Of a DNA stretch of 64,000 nucleotides, positions 8,895 through 20,141 are shown in pieces (the first letter of the stretch is position 1; every line of letters starts with the position of its first letter). Where the stretch lies: the NCBI GenBank assembly GCA_964402565.1, contig CAYOCJ010000001.1, forward strand, positions 416,079 to 480,078. Reading direction: 5' to 3'. Below the pieces are notes generated by a model, which was not told the origin of the DNA, ran no database searches, and was given only the letters and a program-made list of their open reading frames with translations. The translations under genes and the position numbers were made by a program. The stretch comes from an uncultured Gammaproteobacteria bacterium. GTDB lineage: Bacteria; Patescibacteriota; Patescibacteriia; UBA1558; 2-01-FULL-52-15.

Positions 8895-9209
8895 ATGAAA
8901 TCGACTAATCGTTTCCAAATAAGTGAAAGGCATCCGAGCGAATATCCAATAAACAACAACGAAGATGCTCACTGTGTTGATATAGCTCTCGCACTCGGAG
9001 AATCGGATATGAGGTATATCCTTGCACGTCGGCAGCAACTTGGGATGCAGGCAATCAGTGAAGCATACTCGGTTGTGAAGGATGAGATTCGCAAAGGAAA
9101 ATGCCAGTCTCCTGGAAGGCTCTTCAACTACTTGCTTACTCAAAAACTCGAAGAAAAGAAAAAGTCTAAATCTCTGGGGTCAAGAGAACCGCCAATAGAC
9201 GATGGTTGA
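8895..9209 (+). CDS. Hypothetical protein resembling C-terminal domains of replication proteins
   Basis: C-terminal SPGRLFNYLL motif; follows the putative Rep. Confidence 0.5.
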   Translation: MKSTNRFQISERHPSEYPINNNEDAHCVDIALALGESDMRYILARRQQLGMQAISEAYSVVKDEIRKGKCQSPGRLFNYLLTQKLEEKKKSKSLGSREPPIDDG

Positions 9210-9249
9210 CCCCATGTAAGTTATGTTCTTTGCACCTTGATAACTGGAC

Positions 9250-9277
9250 TTGCCACAACCTGCCATAGTGCTATACT
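9250..9277 (+). promoter_or_regulatory. Sigma70 promoter for the RNA leader / membrane protein / integrase unit
   Basis: TTGCCA (9250-9255), N16, TATACT (9272-9277) with extended -10 TG. Confidence 0.7.
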
Positions 9278-9282
9278 TATAT

Positions 9283-9429
9283 TGCTACCTACAAGTTTGA
9301 ATATGTGCACGGGGTCTCTGCTTTTTTAGCTCCAATTGTGGGCGAAAAGGGGCAGTCGAGACCTCCGCAATTGGTTGCCTCGTGCAATTCAATCTTGTGG
9401 GTAGCAGGCTCCTCGGCTGTCCCTTTTCG
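9283..9429 (+). ncRNA. Unclassified highly structured RNA or leader with alternative pairings
   Basis: Nested stems 9283-9295/9394-9406, 9297-9302/9387-9392, 9306-9314/9378-9386; alternative helices 9332-9342/9364-9374 and 9343-9360/9412-9429; starts at the predicted TSS. Confidence 0.65.
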
Positions 9430-9469
9430 TGTTTATAAATAACCAGGGACGGGTCGGAGCGAATAAGTT

Positions 9470-9945
9470 ATGGCAACGCTACCACCCACATGCACGTCTC
9501 ACGGATACAAAGATAGCTCTGGAAAAACCCAGGTCGTGTTTAGTTCGGATTGCTACTATCCAGGAAGTAACTGCATCCTCACAAACGACCAGTGTGTCTC
9601 TACATTCAAAGAAACTGGTTGCAAGGGTGGAGATGGACAGTATGCGTGTGCGCAAGCCTATTACCTCAAGCAACAAAGCCAGGTAAAGCCACAAGCTCAA
9701 CCTGTGATAATTACAAATACTGGTCAAGAAAATGCGGAGTTGAAAACACAACTTCAAGAAATGCAGAAACAAATCGAGACGTTACAGTCAAAACAAGCTA
9801 CGGCTACCACAACGGTGCCGCCAGCCCAAACTACACCCCTATTTGAAAACCCAGTCGTTCCATATTCGATTTTGGGAATACTCATAGTAGGAATCGTGGT
9901 GTTGATGAAGATGAAAATCATTACAATCTCATCTAACAAACAACC

Positions 9946-9949
<4 letters not shown>
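9470..9949 (+). CDS. Hypothetical protein: Cys-rich N-domain, coiled coil, C-terminal TM anchor
   Basis: 6 Cys in the first ~60 aa; ELKTQLQEMQKQIETLQ coil; ILGILIVGIVVLM hydrophobic segment; ATGA overlap with the integrase. Confidence 0.7.
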
Positions 9950-11567
<1,618 letters not shown>

Positions 11568-11654
11568 ATAAAACAGAATTACGATACTATGAATAGTACT
11601 GAGCGTCAATTCAACAGCTACAAAAAATAGTAACATTGTGGTATAGTACGCTAT

Positions 11655-13262
11655 ATGCAAATTTCAGAAAGCATTAAGGATTTGTATTTGCGATTGATTG
11701 CTATACAGCGGGCATTATATGTGCCTGAGGACGTGACCATAAACAAGATCAACGTCGACGATATCGTCTCGAAACTCGCTGTTCTCTACGAACGGATGCG
11801 GAATACGATGGATTATCAGGAAGACCACTTGCTGCGCCGTTTTGCTATCGAGCGGAATATCAAGCGGCGCTTGGTCCTGGAAAGCTTGTCGCCCAAGATC
11901 GCTCAATCGCTGATCGAAGAATTGATACGCAGCGGCTACATGGCTAATAATAGCGTGCCCGAGACCATCGTCATGCCCGTGAGCAATGTGATCAATAAGT
12001 ATGTCTATCTCATTGAACTGGTGCAGGATGATATCACCGATATTTCCGAGCGCAGGAAGATCGTGAATTGGATCGCCGAGGTCATGGCATGCGAGATCGA
12101 TCTGTTGCTGGTGCCTGAGATCCGCGTTGATGCTTTGATCGAAAGCCTGTACTCGATCGTTCGCGACAGGATCAAGATGCGCGGTGCGAATTTAAGCGAG
12201 CGCGAAAAGAATATCCAGCTCTACATTACCCTTCACAAAGAACTGGTGAAGTCGGACAACCCCATCATCTCCTATCATTTGCTGAATTTGTATTTCCCTG
12301 ACTGGCAGCATGCAGATAAAGAGCTGACTGAATTTGTCGCAAGCAAGATCGCAAGCGTGTATTATGGCATTCAGAATCATCTGGATAATCCGATCCGGAC
12401 AAAAATAGCGAAAAGCCTTAAAAAACAGATCGTTGTTTTTAAAGTTCTGCGCGAGCTTATAGCGATGCATGAAAATGATCTGGTAAATTTATTCGGAAAC
12501 CCTGAATTACTGGAGTCTGAAGCGCGGAAAGTTATCGAGCGGAATTACAAGATGACCAGGCGCAAATTGAGAAACAGCTCTTTGCGCGCTATCTTATATA
12601 TTTTCATTACCAAGGTTGCCTTGGCATTCTTGCTGGAGTATCCATATGACAAGTATGTGATCGGCCATGTGAACCAAGTAGCGTTATCGATCAATGTCAT
12701 TGTACCTCCGTTACTCATGTTCTTCATCACCTTGTCGGCTCGGCTGCCAGGGGTAACGAATACGCGTTTGATCATGGCCGAGCTAAAAAATGTCGTCTAC
12801 GGTGATCCGGGCGATGAGATCCTCTGTGAATTGAATGTGAAGCGCAAGCAGGGCCCTGTCTATTTTTTCATCGAGTACCTGTTCTACATGCTGCTCTATG
12901 GCTTGATATTCGGCATCATCATTTACTGGCTGAGCCTCCTGAAATTCAATCTCTTATCCGGCGGCATTTTTATCTTCTTCGTGACTGCAGTGAGCTTCTT
13001 CGGAACTCGCATACGCCAGCTTACCAAGGAATACTCGGTTGAGAATAAGCGCGAGGGTCTGATCGGGCTTATTACCATCTTTTTCTCGCTGCCGATCATT
13101 CGTGCCGGCCATTGGCTGTCCGTGAATATGCGGCGCATTAACTTATTCGTTTTCGTCATGGATTTTATCATAGAGGCGCCATTCAAGCTTGTGGTCGAGA
13201 TCATCGAAAGCTGGTTCGTTTTCCTGCGTGAAAAAAAGGAAGATACCTACAAGACAAGCTAG
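11655..13262 (+). CDS. Hypothetical protein, large soluble N-domain plus C-terminal TM helices
   Basis: 535-aa ORF; YERMRNTMDYQEDHLLRRFAIER; hydrophobic C-terminal third. Confidence 0.75.
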   Translation: MQISESIKDLYLRLIAIQRALYVPEDVTINKINVDDIVSKLAVLYERMRNTMDYQEDHLLRRFAIERNIKRRLVLESLSPKIAQSLIEELIRSGYMANNSVPETIVMPVSNVINKYVYLIELVQDDITDISERRKIVNWIAEVMACEIDLLLVPEIRVDALIESLYSIVRDRIKMRGANLSEREKNIQLYITLHKELVKSDNPIISYHLLNLYFPDWQHADKELTEFVASKIASVYYGIQNHLDNPIRTKIAKSLKKQIVVFKVLRELIAMHENDLVNLFGNPELLESEARKVIERNYKMTRRKLRNSSLRAILYIFITKVALAFLLEYPYDKYVIGHVNQVALSINVIVPPLLMFFITLSARLPGVTNTRLIMAELKNVVYGDPGDEILCELNVKRKQGPVYFFIEYLFYMLLYGLIFGIIIYWLSLLKFNLLSGGIFIFFVTAVSFFGTRIRQLTKEYSVENKREGLIGLITIFFSLPIIRAGHWLSVNMRRINLFVFVMDFIIEAPFKLVVEIIESWFVFLREKKEDTYKTS

Positions 13263-13263
13263 T

Positions 13264-14253
13264 ATGTTCAAAAAGAATACCATCACCACTATCGGCAGTA
13301 CTATGCGAGATGTATTCATCTATACTGACGCCGGCGTCGTGATCCCCAATACCGGCGATATGCTTCGGGCCGAATGGGTCGCATTCGAGCGGGCAGCAAA
13401 GCTCGACGTAAAAAAAATGGTTACGGCCTATGGCGGCGGCGCAGCAAACACCGCTGTAGCTTTTGCACGTTTCGGTTTGAAACCGTCAATTCTCACTGCT
13501 GTAGGCGACGATGCGGCAGGGCTGGATGCCATGATGCACTTGCGAAGAGAAGGGGTTTCATTGTCGCATGTGCAACATGTGAAACGTGCGCAAACAGGAA
13601 CGTCGATAATCCTGAATATTTCAGAACAGATGAGCCAAGTGGCTTTAGTTCATCGTGGTGCGTCTGCATCACTGCATATAAGCCAAGCAGTAGTGAAAGG
13701 CGTTAATTCACAATGGATATACCTCAGCGCACTTGGGGGTGCCTGGAAGCAGCCTCTGGAAGCGATAATGCATCGCGTCAAGCTAAAACGAATGAAGCTT
13801 GCCTGGAATCCAGGAGCAGAGCAAATTGCTGCAGGCCTCAGAGTTTTATCGGCTGCAATGCAACATACTGAAATTTTTTTGGTAAATCATGACGAAGCCT
13901 TGGAACTTGCTAAAGGCGCACATCTGGTTAAAGGGCCAACATCGGCCAGAACGCTTGCCCGCATGCTGAGTAGATATGGAGCGCATGCGACGGTGGTGAC
14001 GGATGGCCATAAAGGTGCGTATTTGCATATGGATAAGCGTACCTGGTATCAGCCTGCCAAGCTTGGAAAGACGGTGAATAAGACCGGCGCAGGCGATGCT
14101 TTTGGATCAGGGCTGGTCGCTGGCGTGATCCGCTTCAATGACATGAAGCGTGCCCTTAAACTAGCTGCGTATAACAGCCATTCAGTAGTAGGCAGCATCG
14201 GGGCAGAGACAGGGCTTTTGCATGTTCGAGATATACAACGTTTAAAAATATAA
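13264..14253 (+). CDS. PfkB/ribokinase-family carbohydrate kinase
   Basis: GGGAANTAVAFARFG, VGDD, N..EA and TGAGDAFGSG; start placed at ATG 13264. Confidence 0.92.
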   Translation: MFKKNTITTIGSTMRDVFIYTDAGVVIPNTGDMLRAEWVAFERAAKLDVKKMVTAYGGGAANTAVAFARFGLKPSILTAVGDDAAGLDAMMHLRREGVSLSHVQHVKRAQTGTSIILNISEQMSQVALVHRGASASLHISQAVVKGVNSQWIYLSALGGAWKQPLEAIMHRVKLKRMKLAWNPGAEQIAAGLRVLSAAMQHTEIFLVNHDEALELAKGAHLVKGPTSARTLARMLSRYGAHATVVTDGHKGAYLHMDKRTWYQPAKLGKTVNKTGAGDAFGSGLVAGVIRFNDMKRALKLAAYNSHSVVGSIGAETGLLHVRDIQRLKI

Positions 14254-16256
14254 TGGATTTAAAAAAACTATTTGAACCGAAGGCTATCGCCGTTATCGGC
14301 GCGTCTCGGGATAAAAAAAAGGTTGGCGGCAGTATTGTTGCGAACCTGCGAGACGGCAGGTTTACCGGCCGCGTATATCCGGTAAATCCAAAGTCGAAGA
14401 CAGTTCAGGGTCTAGCATCCTTCGCATCCGTTGAGGATATCCAGGGCGCGATAGATCTGGCTGTCATTGCCGTACCTGCGCCTATAGTTGCTGCAGTGCT
14501 GGCCAGTTGCGGAAAAAAGAAAATTCCTTTTGTGATCATCGTGACTGCCGGTTTTGGAGAAACAGGCACGGAAGGAAAAGCAGAGGAACGGCGTCTTGCA
14601 TCCATCGCAAAGAAATACCATATTACCATTGTCGGTCCGAATTGCCTCGGCATCATTGCGACAGGTTCGCGATTGAACGCGTCTTTCGCAGGACGAATGC
14701 CTCACTCTGGCGGCATCTCATGCATTTCGCAAAGCGGAGCTTTGTTAGTAAGCTTGATGGATTGGTCGCAGATGCGATCGCTTGGCATGCGGGATCTCAT
14801 AAGTATTGGAAACCAGGCTGGATTGTCTGAGATCGAAGTGCTTGATTACCTGGCTCATGACTCTGCTACTACGGTTGTGGGCATGTATATTGAGCAGATC
14901 AGCAATGGACCAGCATTCATGGCTGCGGTGGCTCGCTGTACGCGGAAGAAACCGGTTATTATTCTGAAGGCCGGAGTATCTGAAGCAGGCACGAAAGCCG
15001 TTTCTTCGCATACGGGAAGTCTTGCAGGCTCAGCTCGCGTGATGAGCGCGATGATCGAGCAGTCAGGTGCGATCCAAGCGTATGATGTAGAAGATTTCTT
15101 CAAACTATTGCAGTTATTCTCATACGGGCATGCGAATCATTCGCTTTCAACTGCTATTGTGACGAATGCAGGAGGTCCCGGAATCATAGCAACTGATCTT
15201 TTGAGCAGCACGAATCTGCATGTGTCGTCTTTTTCGGAAAGAACACTTGGTCGCTTGAAGCGGGCTTTGCCATCGAACGCATCAGTGCATAATCCTGTAG
15301 ATCTGGTTGGGGATGCTGATCTTGACCGATTCAAGAAAGTCTTTCGAATTCTGGAAGATGACGAATGCGGCATCATTTTCGTCATTGTGACACCGCAGCG
15401 AATGACGCCGGTCATGGACATTGCACGCTCTGTAGCATCATTTCAAAAAAGATCGAAGAAACAAATTATTGCATGCTTCATCGGCGGGACTATGGTTGCA
15501 AAAGCGAATGCATATCTGACGGAGCAAGGCGTCATGAATTTTAAGTACCCGCAAGACGCATTGCGCATACTTGCAGCAAGCAAAGGCAATGCAGGCACAT
15601 TCAAAAAAAACCAGTCGCGGGCAGTTTCCCATGCTGATGGCGATATGCACATGATGCCGTATGCACGTTTGCAAAGACTTCTGAAGAAGAAATTTCCTAT
15701 ACTTTCCGGCCGTATCATAACGAATGCTAAAGCTTTGCCGAAGAATGGGTATCCGGTAGCAATAAAGGTCCTTTCCTCGAAGGCCATTCATAAAGCTCGG
15801 TCTCAGGCGATTGCGTTGCATGTCCCGAGCCGTGAACGCGCTGCCACCGTCGTAAACCAATTTATAAAAAAATTCAAAGGCAAGGGCTTTGAAGGCATAC
15901 TTGTGCAGCCGATGGTTGATGAAGGCAAAGAATTTATAATGGGCTTTACTCGCGATTCGGTTGCGGGATTGACCTTGCTTTTCGGGATAGGAGGAACGCT
16001 GACCGAAGAACTAGGCGACACGATTTTGCATATTGGGCCTATCAAGAACGCGAAGGAGATAGGTGTCATGACGCGCAAACTTCGCCATGCGGAAGTTCTG
16101 CAAGGCGTTGATATGAAATTTATTACAGGACTAGTGAAAAAACTTTCCGATTTTGCAACATCGCATACTGACATTCAGTCGTTGGATTTTAATCCGGTGA
16201 GAGTATATGCCAAAGGAGGGGTAATCGTAGATGCACGTATCGTCATCAAAAAATAA
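14253..16256 (+). CDS. ADP-forming acetate/acyl-CoA ligase (CoA-binding plus ATP-grasp)
   Basis: IAVIGAS, YPVNP, GPNCLG, SQSGAL, SHTGSLAGS (phospho-His), NAGGPG, NPVDLVGDA, DFNP. Confidence 0.92.
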   Translation: MDLKKLFEPKAIAVIGASRDKKKVGGSIVANLRDGRFTGRVYPVNPKSKTVQGLASFASVEDIQGAIDLAVIAVPAPIVAAVLASCGKKKIPFVIIVTAGFGETGTEGKAEERRLASIAKKYHITIVGPNCLGIIATGSRLNASFAGRMPHSGGISCISQSGALLVSLMDWSQMRSLGMRDLISIGNQAGLSEIEVLDYLAHDSATTVVGMYIEQISNGPAFMAAVARCTRKKPVIILKAGVSEAGTKAVSSHTGSLAGSARVMSAMIEQSGAIQAYDVEDFFKLLQLFSYGHANHSLSTAIVTNAGGPGIIATDLLSSTNLHVSSFSERTLGRLKRALPSNASVHNPVDLVGDADLDRFKKVFRILEDDECGIIFVIVTPQRMTPVMDIARSVASFQKRSKKQIIACFIGGTMVAKANAYLTEQGVMNFKYPQDALRILAASKGNAGTFKKNQSRAVSHADGDMHMMPYARLQRLLKKKFPILSGRIITNAKALPKNGYPVAIKVLSSKAIHKARSQAIALHVPSRERAATVVNQFIKKFKGKGFEGILVQPMVDEGKEFIMGFTRDSVAGLTLLFGIGGTLTEELGDTILHIGPIKNAKEIGVMTRKLRHAEVLQGVDMKFITGLVKKLSDFATSHTDIQSLDFNPVRVYAKGGVIVDARIVIKK

Positions 16257-16719
16257 TCACCTTCGTCTGGGCGCGATCAAGTTTCTGATGCTTGGTATGT
16301 TTCTGGTACCCGTTTTCTCTGCGATGGCGCAGGCAACAACAACACAGGATACATTGGATGCTGCGAAAGAGATCCTGGCAGCTCAGCAGCGAGTCACAGA
16401 GGCGCGGCAGGCTTTGGAAGCCGCAACTGCTCTCGCAACTGTTGACCAGAGCACAAAGCCGGAGAATATTTTCTCACTTTCAAACCCGAGTCTTTGGATA
16501 CTGGTAGCCATTTTGCTTGGCGTCCTGTTATTATTGCTTGCGATTCGCAGATCTATCCTCGAATCGTCCACCTATTTGGTAACAAGTCCGGTTCGTACTG
16601 TGCATCCTTCGCAAACTCAAAAAGTGAGCGATGCGGGTGCGCCGGATAAGGCACTTGTATATCCTGTAAAAGTTGTTAAAATAAAGGTACGTAAATTAAC
16701 GAAAACACATAGGGCCTAG
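16231..16719 (+). CDS. Hypothetical secreted or membrane-anchored protein
   Basis: Signal-like N-terminus (..FSAMAQA) and one TM helix; true start may be ATG 16288. Confidence 0.6.
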   Translation: MHVSSSKNNHLRLGAIKFLMLGMFLVPVFSAMAQATTTQDTLDAAKEILAAQQRVTEARQALEAATALATVDQSTKPENIFSLSNPSLWILVAILLGVLLLLLAIRRSILESSTYLVTSPVRTVHPSQTQKVSDAGAPDKALVYPVKVVKIKVRKLTKTHRA

Positions 16720-16720
16720 C

Positions 16721-17998
16721 ATGAAGCGTTTACCTTCACATTCTATCACTGATAACAGCGGCTTTACGTTGCTGGAGTTATTGATAGTTGTTGCGATTAT
16801 TGGCTTTCTATCGAGTGTTTCAATCGTTGCTCTAGGCACTTCACGGATCAAAAGCAGAGATACGCAGCGTAAATTTGATCAGCTCACGGTTTTGAAGGCC
16901 GCTGAGCTGTATACGAATGATTTTGGCGCACCGCCGACTCAGCTGTGCGTGGATAATAATCTAAATGATTCCAATCCTTGCAGTGCGAGCGGCGCTTTTT
17001 TGAACAGCTCACATGAAGATCTCATCCAGGGCAGTTCGCATGATGGGCTTTTTTCTACACCAAAGGCCTATGCGCAGATTTGTGCCCATCCGCCATGTGG
17101 CGGAAGGCCGGGCGAAGTTTTGGAGGTGTGCCAATGCGGATCAGACTCGATAACATCCGCGTGTCAGGGAGTTTGTTCAGGCGGAGGACCTCCGCCGCCA
17201 CCGCCACCATCAGGACCGTATTGCGGGGACGATATATGCAATAATTTCGAAACCTACGGAACTTGTCCGAGTGATTGTACTAGTTGTAATAATAATAATG
17301 TTTGCGATGCAGGCGAGTCTCCGGCTTGCGGTGATTGTACGTGCAATGGTAATGGCATTTGCGAAGTGGCGAGAAATGAACGTTTATCGAATTGCAGCGA
17401 CTGCTCTCTGGGTAGTAGCGCAAATCCGCCCGCAACGTGCGGGAATGGAGTTTGTAATGCCGGCGAGACATATTATAACTGTAATGTGGGAGGCGTACAT
17501 GACTGCCTGGCGATCATGTGCAAGGACGCCAATGGAGTAGTTGATTCTTGCTGTGCAACGGGTACGAATTGTCCTGCTGGATATGTCGCGGGCGAAGGAT
17601 ACTATGGAGTATGCAATTACGACCGCTGTGAGCAAAAATATTTATTGCAGCCCCCGGCCTTTATCTGTTCTGCGAACGCTGACTGTGCTCCGGGAGCGTC
17701 GGCTGGCGTTACTACTCCGCAGCAAAAATTCGTCTCAAATCAATCGACCAACTGGCTGAAAGGACTTGAGCCATATATGGTATCGCGTCCGGTCGATCCG
17801 GGAGGACATGCTGATCCCAGATATAATGTGTACTATTGCAGCTCGCACCCAGATGTAGTCAAGGGCCATGCATTCTGCTGCTGGGTATCGCTAGAGCGCG
17901 AACAGGACAATTTCAATCCCTACAATGATATTGTAGATGCTCCGACGGGGAGCACCAGTGGAGAACTCGCGAAGTGGACTCCATTGTGCAAGCAATAA
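16721..17998 (+). CDS. Type IV pilin-like protein with large Cys-rich insertion
   Basis: G|FTLLELLIVVAIIG prepilin site; RD.QR..D; C-terminal PVDP motif; 36 Cys. Confidence 0.85.
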   Translation: MKRLPSHSITDNSGFTLLELLIVVAIIGFLSSVSIVALGTSRIKSRDTQRKFDQLTVLKAAELYTNDFGAPPTQLCVDNNLNDSNPCSASGAFLNSSHEDLIQGSSHDGLFSTPKAYAQICAHPPCGGRPGEVLEVCQCGSDSITSACQGVCSGGGPPPPPPPSGPYCGDDICNNFETYGTCPSDCTSCNNNNVCDAGESPACGDCTCNGNGICEVARNERLSNCSDCSLGSSANPPATCGNGVCNAGETYYNCNVGGVHDCLAIMCKDANGVVDSCCATGTNCPAGYVAGEGYYGVCNYDRCEQKYLLQPPAFICSANADCAPGASAGVTTPQQKFVSNQSTNWLKGLEPYMVSRPVDPGGHADPRYNVYYCSSHPDVVKGHAFCCWVSLEREQDNFNPYNDIVDAPTGSTSGELAKWTPLCKQ

Positions 17999-18002
17999 TC
18001 TC

Positions 18003-19694
18003 ATGAAGCAGTTTTCAGTAAGACCTGCGGCACCGCAGGATTATATTCGGGAGTTCCCAGAATATTCTCCGGTGATCGTTCAGCTATTGTATAACCGGCA
18101 TTTGCAGGGCCAGGTTGCTGTCGATTCGTTCCTTGATCCCCAGTATCACGCATTGCATGACCCTTTTTTATTTCGAGATATGAAAAAGGCTTGTGCACGG
18201 GTCTACCAGGCGATACGTGATCATGAATGCATAGCTATTCATGGAGACTATGATGCAGACGGTGTGTCGGCATCTGCAATTTTGCAAAATACACTTGAAA
18301 AACTAGGGGCAAAAACCATTGTTTTTCTGCCGCATCGCGACAAGGATGGCTATGGGCTTAATCTAAAGACCGTAGATTATCTACATTCACAGACTGCGAA
18401 GCTGATCATTACCTGCGACTGCGGTATTAGTAATGCGCCTGAGATCGCTTATGCGAAAACATTAGGCCTCGACACCATTGTTACTGACCACCACCAGATA
18501 CCGGAGAAGATACCTGAGGCGGTTGCCATCATTCACCCGAAAGTAGCTGGCGAGGCCTATCCATTTAAATTGCTTGCCGGAGGAGGAGTGGCGTTCAAGC
18601 TTGCGCAAGGACTGCTGAAGAGCGAAGAATGCACATTGCTTGCAGATGAACGCGAAGCATTTGAAAAGTGGCTGCTCGATCTGGTGTCTATTTCAACCGT
18701 GGCCGATATGGTTGAATTGACCGGTGAAAATAGAATTTTAGTGAAGTATGGACTTTTCGTGATGTCAAAAAACAAGCGCCTTGGCCTGCAAAAGATGTTT
18801 TTACAGGCTCATATTGATCCGGACCATATCAGTACGCAGACCATTTCGTTTCAAATAGCACCGCGCATCAATGCGGCCGGACGCATGGATCATGCGAATG
18901 CCGCGCTTGTGCTGCTGCGTTCATCGAATCCGGCTGAGGCAGCAGAGTTAGCGCAGCTGCTTGAACAGCAAAATAAAGAAAGGCAGCGCGTCACTGACGG
19001 CATGTATCGGGAAGCCCTCGAGATGATGCAGGAGCAGGATCCGAATATGTTGATATTTTTCAATAAGAACTGGTCTGCAGGCCTGACCGGGCTGGTGGCC
19101 GGTAAATTATCAAAGGAGTTTGATAAACCGGTATTTGTGATGGGATATGACGGAGAGCGCATCGCAGGCTCGGGCAGAAGTCCTGACAGCATTTCTATCA
19201 TGGATGCGGTAAACACGGTTAAGCATCTGATGATGAGTTTTGGCGGACATCCGCAGGCATGCGGATTTCGTTTTTCAGAAGACAATTACAGCAACATTAG
19301 AGATGGTTTAGTTTCGTATTTTAAGACTCTGCCAAAAAGCGCCCCTGCAAGCATACAGTGGGCAGATGCTGAGATACGTTTTTCACAAATCACGTGGGAG
19401 CTTGCTGATCTTTTGCAGCACTTCGAACCTTTTGGGCAGGGAAATCCTGAGCCCTTGTTCCTGGTATCAGGCGTTATGATAAAAGATGTCAAACATGTTG
19501 GAAAAAAGTTGAACCATTTAAAAATGGTACTGATGCAGGATGACAAGACGATGCCGGCTATCGCTTTTGGAGTGCAGGATGCGTCATTAACAAGCGGCTC
19601 GCTTATCGATATCCTTTGTTCAGTGTCTATCAACCAGTGGAATGGAAATCGTGAACTGCAGCTGCAAGTGCAGCATATCAAGCCGCTCCGATGA
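18003..19694 (+). CDS. recJ: ssDNA-specific exonuclease RecJ
   Basis: GDYDADG, DCG, TDHH, PRINAAGR, GSGRS, GGH, EPFGQGNPEP. Confidence 0.96.
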   Translation: MKQFSVRPAAPQDYIREFPEYSPVIVQLLYNRHLQGQVAVDSFLDPQYHALHDPFLFRDMKKACARVYQAIRDHECIAIHGDYDADGVSASAILQNTLEKLGAKTIVFLPHRDKDGYGLNLKTVDYLHSQTAKLIITCDCGISNAPEIAYAKTLGLDTIVTDHHQIPEKIPEAVAIIHPKVAGEAYPFKLLAGGGVAFKLAQGLLKSEECTLLADEREAFEKWLLDLVSISTVADMVELTGENRILVKYGLFVMSKNKRLGLQKMFLQAHIDPDHISTQTISFQIAPRINAAGRMDHANAALVLLRSSNPAEAAELAQLLEQQNKERQRVTDGMYREALEMMQEQDPNMLIFFNKNWSAGLTGLVAGKLSKEFDKPVFVMGYDGERIAGSGRSPDSISIMDAVNTVKHLMMSFGGHPQACGFRFSEDNYSNIRDGLVSYFKTLPKSAPASIQWADAEIRFSQITWELADLLQHFEPFGQGNPEPLFLVSGVMIKDVKHVGKKLNHLKMVLMQDDKTMPAIAFGVQDASLTSGSLIDILCSVSINQWNGNRELQLQVQHIKPLR

Positions 19695-20089
19695 ACTATA
19701 CACTCTTCACCGATGGAGGATCTCGCGGCAATCCGGGTCAGGCTGCTATAGGCGGAGTAATTTATGGAGATACCGCTGTGATCGCTGAGTATTCAGAGGC
19801 CATTGGCATCGCAACGAATAATCAGGCAGAGTACCGGTCGCTCATAGCCGGCCTGACATTGGCTTCGTATCACCATGTGCGCCGTCTTTCCTGCTATTTG
19901 GACAGCGAGCTTGTCGTGAAACAGCTTAACGGTGCGTATAAAATTAAAGATGCAGACATTCGGGCAAGGCACGATGAGATACAACGGCTCATAGTACAGT
20001 TCGATGCGCTCTCATTTACACATATACCCCGAGAAAAGAATGTACGTGCCGATGAGTTAGTAAATGCTGCACTTGACAAGAGTGTATAA
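19691..20089 (+). CDS. rnhA: Ribonuclease HI family protein
   Basis: DGGSRGNPG, TNNQAEY, DSELVVKQ, HIPREKNVRADELVN. Confidence 0.93.
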   Translation: MNYTLFTDGGSRGNPGQAAIGGVIYGDTAVIAEYSEAIGIATNNQAEYRSLIAGLTLASYHHVRRLSCYLDSELVVKQLNGAYKIKDADIRARHDEIQRLIVQFDALSFTHIPREKNVRADELVNAALDKSV

Positions 20090-20102
20090 CTCTTGTTTTT
20101 TA
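20076..20102 (+). terminator. Probable terminator after rnhA
   Basis: ACAAGAGT-GTATA-ACTCTTGT followed by a T-run. Confidence 0.55.
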
Positions 20103-20141
20103 TACTCCTTAATGATATTGTTGTGTGGAAAAGGAAGCTCC

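Noticed and set aside
8860-8897. Amber readthrough fusing ORF 8267 to ORF 8895
   Set aside because: The ORFs are in different frames, and the 8895 frame has TAA at 8886; readthrough alone cannot join them.
9364-9378. Structured RNA acting as a bridge/guide RNA for the integrase (AATTGGTTG resembles att AATTGGCTG)
   Set aside because: The match is short and imperfect, is already explained by internal pairing, and the LSR has its normal DNA-recognition domains.
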